Shown: in pieces, positions 8,089 to 15,463 of the stretch
Numbering within the stretch: position 1 is the stretch's first letter
Layout: each line of letters starts with the position of its first letter
NCBI GenBank assembly: GCA_050015255.1
Contig: JBEKBT010000003.1
Span: forward strand, 2,593 to 66,592
Reading direction: 5' to 3'
DNA length: 64,000 nucleotides
DNA from: Acidimicrobiales bacterium
Lineage (GTDB): Bacteria > Actinomycetota > Acidimicrobiia > Acidimicrobiales > Bog-793
Made by a program: the position numbers and the translations under genes
Notes under the pieces: model-generated
Database searches by the model: none
What the model was told of the DNA's origin: nothing
What the model saw: only the letters and a program-made list of their open reading frames with translations

Positions 8089-9214
8089 GACGCTCGCCCG
8101 TAGGGACGAGGGCGCCGTCGCGCCGGAACGGGTCCCACGCCGGGGGCGCGCTCTTGAGGTAGGCGACGACGACACCGCAGATCATTGCCGGGTCGAGATC
8201 TGTCTCCCCGTCCGGCTCTGGCCGCATCCTGGTCACGAGGGACCCGACGCCGTCGGCTGCCCACCGCACGCCGGAGGGCTCGGCTGCGCTCAACTGCTCG
8301 GCCAACGGCGCCAGGTCCGGCCGGCGCGGCACCTGCCGGCTCACGTAACGGACCCAGCCCTCATAGCGCAGGTAGAGCTCGCAGCGGCCCTCGTGAAAGG
8401 CCAGGATCCGGGAGGCCGGCGTCGCGCTGTGCAGCGCCACCTCGTGCAGCGCAACGGCGCCGAGGCGCCCGGTTGCAGCCGCTGAGCCCGGTGTAGGCAC
8501 GGCGCCGGCCAACCGCGTGACGACGGCGAGATCGACCTCGGGCACCTCGTCTATCCGCACCAGGCCGGCGCGAAGGTCATCCAGAGAGGCGGCCAAGACG
8601 GCGTCCTCTTGCTCCCAGTATCGCCGGAAGTGCTCCGTGTGCTCGATCAGCTCGACCGCCCGCTCGAGCACGGCGCGGTAGCGGGGCCCGGACCAGCTGC
8701 CCGGCCGTTCCCCGACGCTGCCCGGCTCAGAGGCCTCGACGGCCTGCTCCCCGATCGGACCGACCGCAAAAGCGATCCGCGCCGCCTGGCGGGACCGCAC
8801 GACGCCGAAATCGCCGCAGGAGACCACCTCGACAAGCAAGCCCTCGTGGCGCAGGGCCACATCGGGCTCGGCCATGGAGAACACGGAAACGACCCCGTCC
8901 TCGTCGAAGTGGTCGTTCGTGACCGCCTCGGCCCGGCTCACAGCCGCGATCGCCGACCTGATCCCGACGCCGCCCGAGCGGCCTCGGCCACCCCGCCCGG
9001 GCGCGCCGTCACCTGGCGCGACCTCGCCCCGCGTCGCGTGCAGGAAGGCGAAGACGATCTGGGCGGAAAGGTCGCGCGCCAGTGCCGGCGGCGTCGGGCT
9101 CTGCGGCCAGTGGGAAAGCGTCAGCACCGAACCAGGACGCGCGGCGCCGTCCACGAGCACGTGCGGGCGGCCTTTCAGCTCCTCGACCGGCACGTAGGGA
9201 AGGGCCCGGCTCAC
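8075..9214 (-). CDS. conserved hypothetical protein (379 aa)
   Basis: Long ORF with non-random composition and a start 56 nt downstream of xthA on the same strand. No motif I can name with confidence. Confidence 0.55.
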   Translation of the reverse strand: MSRALPYVPVEELKGRPHVLVDGAARPGSVLTLSHWPQSPTPPALARDLSAQIVFAFLHATRGEVAPGDGAPGRGGRGRSGGVGIRSAIAAVSRAEAVTNDHFDEDGVVSVFSMAEPDVALRHEGLLVEVVSCGDFGVVRSRQAARIAFAVGPIGEQAVEASEPGSVGERPGSWSGPRYRAVLERAVELIEHTEHFRRYWEQEDAVLAASLDDLRAGLVRIDEVPEVDLAVVTRLAGAVPTPGSAAATGRLGAVALHEVALHSATPASRILAFHEGRCELYLRYEGWVRYVSRQVPRRPDLAPLAEQLSAAEPSGVRWAADGVGSLVTRMRPEPDGETDLDPAMICGVVVAYLKSAPPAWDPFRRDGALVPTGERRPPR

Positions 9215-9270
9215 CGATCGACCTTCGTCTGCCGGCCCATCGGACAGGTCGGCTCTGCGGACGTCCGCAC

Positions 9271-10062
9271 TCAGATGCCGAGGTCGACGAAGAGCGGGGC
9301 ATGATCAGAGGGCGGGTTGTCGCTCCCCATGCCTTTTCTCGCTTCCCGATCGATGAGCGCGTAGCGCACCGCGCCGGCAAGCGCCCTCGAGACGAGCGCG
9401 AGGTCGATGCGCATCCCGTGCCCTTTGTGAAAGTCGCCGGCACGATAGTCCCACCAGGAATAGAGCCCGTCGACGTCGGGATAGACGAGGCGGAAGGCGT
9501 CCACGAGCCCCCAGTCCTCGAGCTCGCGCAGGGCCGCCCGCTCCGGCTCGCTGACATGGGTGGCGCCCGCGAACTGCGAGATGTCCCACACGTCGCGGTC
9601 CTCCGGCGCGACGTTGAAGTCGCCGCAGACGGCCACCGCCTGATCTGCCGTCGTGTTCGCCGCGAGGTCGTCGCGAAGCCGCTTCAGCCAGGCGAGCTTG
9701 AGCTCGTACTGCTCGCTGCCGACGGCACGGCCGTTGGGCACATAGACGCTGGCGACCCGAACCCCCCCGCACGTCGCCGTGAGGATGCGGCACTCCTCGA
9801 TCGCGTCGGGAAGCTCCGCCGAGAAACCGGCCCGGGCCTTCTCGATCCCGACCCGCGACAAGATGGCGACGCCGTTCCAACGGCCGTTGCCGTGATGGGC
9901 GGACTCGTAGCCCAGGGCCGCGAACGCCAGGGCGGGAAAAGCGGCATCGGGCATCTTCGTCTCCTGCAGGCACAAGACGTCGGGCTGTGCGTAGCAGAGC
10001 CACTCCTCGAGCTTGCCGAGACGTGCCTTCAGGGAGTTGACGTTCCAGGTCGCGATGCGCAT
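9271..10062 (-). CDS. xthA: exodeoxyribonuclease III (AP endonuclease)
   Basis: MRIATWNVNSLKARL...DVLCLQETK...GDFNVAP...SDHAPL is the canonical EEP/ExoIII motif series. 263 aa. Confidence 0.9.
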   Translation of the reverse strand: MRIATWNVNSLKARLGKLEEWLCYAQPDVLCLQETKMPDAAFPALAFAALGYESAHHGNGRWNGVAILSRVGIEKARAGFSAELPDAIEECRILTATCGGVRVASVYVPNGRAVGSEQYELKLAWLKRLRDDLAANTTADQAVAVCGDFNVAPEDRDVWDISQFAGATHVSEPERAALRELEDWGLVDAFRLVYPDVDGLYSWWDYRAGDFHKGHGMRIDLALVSRALAGAVRYALIDREARKGMGSDNPPSDHAPLFVDLGI

Positions 10063-10176
10063 CCCGACAGCGTCGCCTGTCGGCGCCCACGACGCAACGC
10101 GGCCCGGTGCTGGGCCCCGGGCGCCTATGGGCTACAGGCCGGGGCAGGCCGCCGGGGAGCAGCGGCGCGCTGGCTG

Positions 10177-10222
10177 CCCACCTGGGTCACGGCCCACCTG
10201 GGTCACGGCCGATGGGTCACGG
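10177..10222. repeat. 16-nt tandem repeat CCCACCTGGGTCACGG (2 full copies plus 1 degenerate copy) overlapping a stop codon
   Basis: Copies at 10177-10192 and 10193-10208, with a degenerate copy at 10209-10222. The stop codon of the 767-aa gene (10217-10219) lies inside the last copy. Confidence 0.65.
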
Positions 10223-12520
10223 CAGGGAGGGACAGCTGACCGACTGGGCACCCGAATTGACGGGGAAGAGGGCGGAGTCGATCGTGCCGCAGACGACGAA
10301 GCCGACGACGTCCCACACCGTGTCGGTCGCCTGGAGCAGGTGGGGAGGGTTCAGGTACGAGAGCCGCGTGTCGTAGGAGAGCACCTGGTTGTAACCGACC
10401 CCGTTCGACATGCCGTTGAACCCGGGGTAGTAGTTGATGTTCGTGCCGTTCTCGATCAGGTTGCCTTCAACGGCGCCGCTCTCGAAATCCGGCACATAGG
10501 TCGACCCGTTCAGGGTCACGATGGCGGCGTCGGTGACGACGCCGTGCTGACCGTCACCGTACGCATTGGAGATGTCGCAGGACCAGGGCACGACGTTGGA
10601 GATCCCGGGGGGGGGAGTCGTCTCGGTCCCGTCGTCGGTGCAGATCGGGCCGTTGCCGCCGTTCGGGTGCGCGATCAACAGGTCCTCGTCCGCCAGCAGG
10701 CCCAGGACGTCGCTCGTACCCGCCTGGTTGCATGCTGGCACCGAGGACGGATTGGCGTCCGACGCGCCCCCGGAGCCGTCGGCGCACTGGTAGGTGAGAT
10801 CGCGGGAAACGACTATGTCGCCGGAGGCGGCGAGGGTGATCTGGCCGTGGAGCTCGCCCTCGATAATGGCGTCACCCTCGGTGCACTGGCTCGAGCTGGC
10901 GGAAAGGTTGTAGTAGTAGGGGTTGATGCAGGTCGCGGTGCTCGGCAGCGCGAGGTGCGAGGGGTCGACGATGCTCACCGACGGCGGCGTCTGCCAGTCG
11001 GAGTTCGCCCCTGAGGACTGCTCCGACTGGACGTAGATGACGCCGCTCTGGTTGAGGCTGGGGTTGTCAACAGGCACCGGGAGGCCTGTCACCCAGGGCT
11101 GTGACGGGCTGAAGGAGCCGCACTGGGCAGGTGCTCCCGTGCTGTAGTGGGGCTCTGTCTGCTCGCTGAGGGGGCTCCAGACGTTCATCGTGCCCCCCTT
11201 TACGAACTCGATCATCGTGGGGCCGGTGTAGAGGCAGCCGTTCCCCTTGGTCCCGTCCACATAGGAGATGAGGCCGGCCGTCGTCGAGGGGAGGTGCTGT
11301 TGGCCGCCGAGTTGCGTACTGGTGCCCGAAGGCAAGAGGGGCTGTCCCCCGCAGCCGTCATAGAAGTCGTCCACCCAGCCCTGGGGCAGGTTACCGGGCG
11401 TCAGTGCCCCTTTCCAGTTGTCCCGGTAGGACCAGGGGGAGGTCGGGGCGCCGGAGATCAGCGGCGGGTTGCCGTTGAACTGCGGATCGCCGCACAGCCA
11501 GAACTGGTCGTTCGTGTACGCCGTGCCGTTGAAGACGACCGAGCTGTTGTAGATGCCGACTCCGTAGGCCGAGCACGGGCGGACACCTGAGGGGATCTGG
11601 ATCGTCGCGCCCGCATTGGGCCAGCCCGGTGTCGAGGGCACGTTGTAGGTGATCCCCGACGTGTCGTAGTACGGCCCGTAGTAGGGGGTCCCGGCGCTGG
11701 CGGTGGCCGAGGAGTCGCCGTTTATGTCCGGGTTGGGGACCGATCCGATCGAATCGACGAAGGTGTTCTCGTCATAGGTGTGGTACTTGCACAGCGCGTC
11801 GCTCAGCGACATCGGCCCGTAGGTCGTCGTGTTGCCGTTCTGGTCGGTGTAGTTGTACTCGATCTGCACCTGGTTCATCGGCTCCGAGGTCGCCGACCCG
11901 CCCGCGGGGGTGACGGTGACGTTCGGAAGCACGCCCGGCTCGTTCGGGTCGGACAGCTCGTACTCGGAGTAGTACGAGTCGGTCAGGATGCCGGACAGCT
12001 TGAAGCTCACGAGCAGCGACCGGTATGACCAGGCACCTGGCGCTCCCGCCCGACCGGTCACCTCGATGACCATCTGACCGGCGCTGCCTCCTGACTGCAC
12101 CGTCAGGCGGCTCGGATCGGGCACGTAGTGGAACCACTCGTCGGAGCTGCCGATCTGCTTCCAGCCGGTCAGCGCCGTGTCGCCGTCGGGGGTGCCGTAG
12201 TTGTAGGCGTAATAGGAGGGCACGTTGTCGAGGTAGTTCCGGTACTCCTGCACGCCCGCTTCGGCCGCCGCCAGAGCAGCCTCACTCGAGGCGGACTGGT
12301 TCGTGGCGGCATTCTCGGCATTGACCTGCGTCGCCAGGACCGGGACGAGGATCGAGACGAGCAGCACGACGAGGATCGCCAGCACGAGCGCCTGCCCGGA
12401 CTCGTCCCGGGCGAGCCCGGCGCGCCGGGCGAGCCCGGTTGCCGCTGCACGGCGAAGCCTCCCCAGCCGGCCGTTGTTCTCACCTCGAGCATTCCTGCTC
12501 AGCGCTGACATGGTCGTCAT
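10217..12520 (-). CDS. large PilX-N-terminal-domain-like pseudopilin / putative pilus tip protein (767 aa)
   Basis: The N-terminus RDESGQALVLAILVVLLVSILVPVLA resembles the PilX_N hydrophobic segment and has no Glu5. The remainder is Gly/Ser/Thr/Pro/Asn-rich with several Cys, typical of secreted adhesin-like proteins. It starts 4 nt after the preceding pilin gene. Confidence 0.65.
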   Translation of the reverse strand: MTTMSALSRNARGENNGRLGRLRRAAATGLARRAGLARDESGQALVLAILVVLLVSILVPVLATQVNAENAATNQSASSEAALAAAEAGVQEYRNYLDNVPSYYAYNYGTPDGDTALTGWKQIGSSDEWFHYVPDPSRLTVQSGGSAGQMVIEVTGRAGAPGAWSYRSLLVSFKLSGILTDSYYSEYELSDPNEPGVLPNVTVTPAGGSATSEPMNQVQIEYNYTDQNGNTTTYGPMSLSDALCKYHTYDENTFVDSIGSVPNPDINGDSSATASAGTPYYGPYYDTSGITYNVPSTPGWPNAGATIQIPSGVRPCSAYGVGIYNSSVVFNGTAYTNDQFWLCGDPQFNGNPPLISGAPTSPWSYRDNWKGALTPGNLPQGWVDDFYDGCGGQPLLPSGTSTQLGGQQHLPSTTAGLISYVDGTKGNGCLYTGPTMIEFVKGGTMNVWSPLSEQTEPHYSTGAPAQCGSFSPSQPWVTGLPVPVDNPSLNQSGVIYVQSEQSSGANSDWQTPPSVSIVDPSHLALPSTATCINPYYYNLSASSSQCTEGDAIIEGELHGQITLAASGDIVVSRDLTYQCADGSGGASDANPSSVPACNQAGTSDVLGLLADEDLLIAHPNGGNGPICTDDGTETTPPPGISNVVPWSCDISNAYGDGQHGVVTDAAIVTLNGSTYVPDFESGAVEGNLIENGTNINYYPGFNGMSNGVGYNQVLSYDTRLSYLNPPHLLQATDTVWDVVGFVVCGTIDSALFPVNSGAQSVSCPSLP

Positions 12521-12524
12521 CTCC

Positions 12525-13397
12525 TCACTCCGGACAAGCCACGGAGGTCGACGTTGTTGTGGTGGTCGAGGTCGGCGTTGTCGCCGAGCCCCGCAAGAAC
12601 ACGACCGTGTCCAAGGTCGTCGGCTGGTCGGCGGCGTAGCCCTCGGTCGGGGTCTGCGGCCCCGCCAGGAACGTGACGTGAATGCCGACCGCGGCGATCT
12701 CGTTGATGGCGCAAGCCGGGACGGGATTCTCGATCGCGAGTGGCGTCAGGGCGGTTCCCACATAGTCGTAGTAGGTGAAGACCGGGCTCGTCTGGGTGCT
12801 GAGGGCGTAGTAGGTCGCGACCGTCCTCTGTGTGGATGATCCCGGTGTGCACGGCGAGGCCGGATGGAACGCCGTCGGAGCGTCGACAGCGGGAGTCACC
12901 GACGACCACGGCAGCGGCGGGCTTCCCGCGCCATTGGCCGGTCCGGACGCGGGCACGTCGAAGGTGATGTCGAATTGGGCGTCGTCGTGGACGGCACCGC
13001 TCGGCCTGAACCAGAGCGCATCGAGATTCGTGCAGTTCGAGCCGTAGGTGCTCGTGTTGAACCCTGCCGATGCCACTACGTCGAGCTCGGTCGGAGACGG
13101 CCCCACCTGCGCCCCGCCCGCGTCGTAGACGGCGAGCACCTGGCTCGCGCCGCGTAGGTACTGAACGAGTGTCTGGCCAGACTCGGTCTCCTGCCGGACA
13201 GCTGTGACCGAGTCCTGGGTGTTGCTCGCCTGCTGGTTGAACGAGATGAACAGCGAGGTGACGATCGTGAAAACGACGCTCAGGATGGCAAGGACGGTGA
13301 TGAGCTCGAGGGCGGTGAAGCCGCGCTCGCAGGCCATGGGGCCACGACGCGCCGCCTGGGGCCACCGCCGCTCGAGGGACCGCTGCAGGCTGTTCAT
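12525..13397 (-). CDS. prepilin-type N-terminal cleavage/methylation domain protein (pseudopilin)
   Basis: Class III signal ...CERG|FTALELITVLAILSVVF (Gly-1, Phe+1, Glu+5). The ATG at 13397 overlaps the upstream stop (ATGA). An alternative ATG at 13337 gives the classic short leader MACERG. Confidence 0.75.
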   Translation of the reverse strand: MNSLQRSLERRWPQAARRGPMACERGFTALELITVLAILSVVFTIVTSLFISFNQQASNTQDSVTAVRQETESGQTLVQYLRGASQVLAVYDAGGAQVGPSPTELDVVASAGFNTSTYGSNCTNLDALWFRPSGAVHDDAQFDITFDVPASGPANGAGSPPLPWSSVTPAVDAPTAFHPASPCTPGSSTQRTVATYYALSTQTSPVFTYYDYVGTALTPLAIENPVPACAINEIAAVGIHVTFLAGPQTPTEGYAADQPTTLDTVVFLRGSATTPTSTTTTTSTSVACPE

Positions 13398-14902
13398 GAC
13401 GCGGTCACCGGGAGGAGGCTCATCGAGCTGCACGCCGATTGCGCGGGTACCGGCGTCGGAGGAGGCGAACCTGCGCACCAGCCCTTCGGCGTCACCCACA
13501 CGTAGGCGGGGCTGACCGTCCCGCCGTTGTCGTGCGACAGGAGGTACTCCCCGAGCGGCACGCTTGTCTGACTGGTACTGGTGAGTGCGGAGAGGTTGAG
13601 CGTGATCGGAACGCCGCCCCCGGCGACCTCGGTGGCCGTCAGTGTGCTGGCAGATCCCGACACCACCTTCAGCTCCAGGGGATAGACGGGCAGATAGACC
13701 GAGACCGCGTTGCCGCTGACCGTGTCGATGACACACGGGCTCGGCGCGGGGGCGTACGACCCGTACGCAGACGGTGCACTGTCCGGCTGGTCACCGGTCC
13801 AGAGCCCGGTCACGCCCGACCACGGGAACAGCAGGAGCGAGCTGAACGGCGTGGAGCCGTAGGCGGGCCAGATGTTGCTCGAGCCGTACGCCGTGATGAG
13901 GGAGTTGTAGACCGAGATCGGGATGACGCTCGAGCTGACCGGCGGCGACACCGGCGAGGTCGGGGCTGTCGTGCAGCTGCTGCCCGGATGGGTGTACCCG
14001 AAGGTGACCGGCGTGCCGATGTCCATGAGCACGGTTACCACGTCGGGCACACCGGGCTGCAGTGAGGAGACAGGCACTGAGAGTGGGCCGTTCGGGTTGG
14101 AGTCGGCGTGCTCGTCGCTGGAGACGAGTGCCGGTGGGCCTAGGTTGCCGGCGAAGGAGATCGTGTAGTCGTAGTTGCCGTTTGCGTTGCTGACTGCGTC
14201 GAGGTTCTGGAACACGATGCAGCCGTTGCTGCCCGAGTCCTCGGATTCACTCGTCGTCGTGCCCGACGGGACCGCCGGTGGGGAGCCGGCGCCGGTCCAC
14301 TTGCCGGTCGCGGTCGCGTTCACGTCCTCGCCCGTCAAAAGGGTCGTCCCGTTGGCGCTGAGGATGCGAACAGCCAGCTCACCTGCGAATTGCTGCACTG
14401 CGCCCGCCTCGGCGGGCGAGATCTCCGTCGTCTGCACGATCGGTGGGGTGCCGCGCATTCTCGGCCAGGTCACGACAGCCGTCACGAGCCAGATCTGCTG
14501 GGCAACCGAGGCCCCGGAGGCACAGATCGACTGGTTGGTGCCCTGAGTGACGACCGTCCAACTCGTCGTGACCTTGAAATTGGTGACCCGCGCACCTGTC
14601 TCGCTCACCGGGAAGATGTTGGTCGCAGTGCCTGTCGGCAACGTCCCTTTCGAGGCCTCGAGCTGCAGGGTCTCGAGCTCCCGGGTGGCGACGTTGACGG
14701 CTTCGGCCCGAAGGTGCTCGGAGGCGACGCTGGTCTGGGCTTGGACCACGAACACGGTCGTCGGCACCAGGACGATGACGATCACGGCGATCGCGACCAG
14801 GAGCTCGACGAGCGTGAGGCCCTCGTCACCGCGCGAGGAGGCACCCTGCAACCCTCGCTTTCGCCATCCACTCGGTACTGCTCGGTCTCTCCCTCGCCGC
14901 AT
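13394..14902 (-). CDS. prepilin-type N-terminal cleavage/methylation domain protein, unusually large (502 aa)
   Basis: ...RGDEG|LTLVELLVAIAVIVIVL (Gly-1, Glu+5), followed by a Ser/Thr/Pro/Gly-rich extracellular body with paired Cys. Confidence 0.75.
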   Translation of the reverse strand: MRRGRDRAVPSGWRKRGLQGASSRGDEGLTLVELLVAIAVIVIVLVPTTVFVVQAQTSVASEHLRAEAVNVATRELETLQLEASKGTLPTGTATNIFPVSETGARVTNFKVTTSWTVVTQGTNQSICASGASVAQQIWLVTAVVTWPRMRGTPPIVQTTEISPAEAGAVQQFAGELAVRILSANGTTLLTGEDVNATATGKWTGAGSPPAVPSGTTTSESEDSGSNGCIVFQNLDAVSNANGNYDYTISFAGNLGPPALVSSDEHADSNPNGPLSVPVSSLQPGVPDVVTVLMDIGTPVTFGYTHPGSSCTTAPTSPVSPPVSSSVIPISVYNSLITAYGSSNIWPAYGSTPFSSLLLFPWSGVTGLWTGDQPDSAPSAYGSYAPAPSPCVIDTVSGNAVSVYLPVYPLELKVVSGSASTLTATEVAGGGVPITLNLSALTSTSQTSVPLGEYLLSHDNGGTVSPAYVWVTPKGWCAGSPPPTPVPAQSACSSMSLLPVTAS

Positions 14903-15049
14903 GACCGCAACCCCTCTTCGTTGACCCAGGCGACCTCTCGCTCCGCGACGCTGCAGACGGCACTGGCCGAGTGCGCGCCCGGCTCAGGAAACAATAGCAT
15001 TTATCGCGCGCCAAGCGCACACACCGTCACTCTAGGTGCTAAGGGACCC

Positions 15050-15463
15050 TCAGGCGAGCACGAACAGCAGATCCGCCTCGCACGCGACGCGGCCGCCGAC
15101 GGTGGCGACGCCGTGCCCGCTCCCGGCCCGGGCCGAGAGACGCCCGATCGAGACCTCGAGATCGATCGTCTCGCCCGGAACGACCTGGCGGCGGAACCGT
15201 GCCCGGTCGATGCCTCCGAACAACGGCAGACGGTCCTTGTAGCGCCCGTCGGCGAGGACCACCGCCGCAGCCAGCTGGGCGAGGGACTCGACCATCAAGA
15301 CTCCGGGCAGAACCGGATTGCCGGGAAAGTGGCCGGCGAAGAACTCCTCCTCGCCGGTCAGATGCCACCTGCCCCGCCCCGAGACGGCCGGGTCCAGCTC
15401 CACGATCTCCGAGACGAGGAGAAACGGAGCCCTGTGCGGGATGAGCTCCTCGATCGGGATCAT
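15050..15463 (-). CDS. fabZ: 3-hydroxyacyl-ACP dehydratase (hotdog fold)
   Basis: 137 aa. IPHRAPFLLV and FFAGHFPGNPVLPGVLMVESLAQ are the FabZ active-site signatures. The start overlaps the upstream stop (ATGA at 15460-15463). Confidence 0.85.
   Translation of the reverse strand: MIPIEELIPHRAPFLLVSEIVELDPAVSGRGRWHLTGEEEFFAGHFPGNPVLPGVLMVESLAQLAAAVVLADGRYKDRLPLFGGIDRARFRRQVVPGETIDLEVSIGRLSARAGSGHGVATVGGRVACEADLLFVLA

Noticed and set aside
14903-15049. Sigma-54-type promoter (TGGCGC...TGC) upstream of the pilin trio
   Set aside because: The GG-to-GC spacing is 14 nt rather than 12, and I recall actinobacteria as lacking RpoN.
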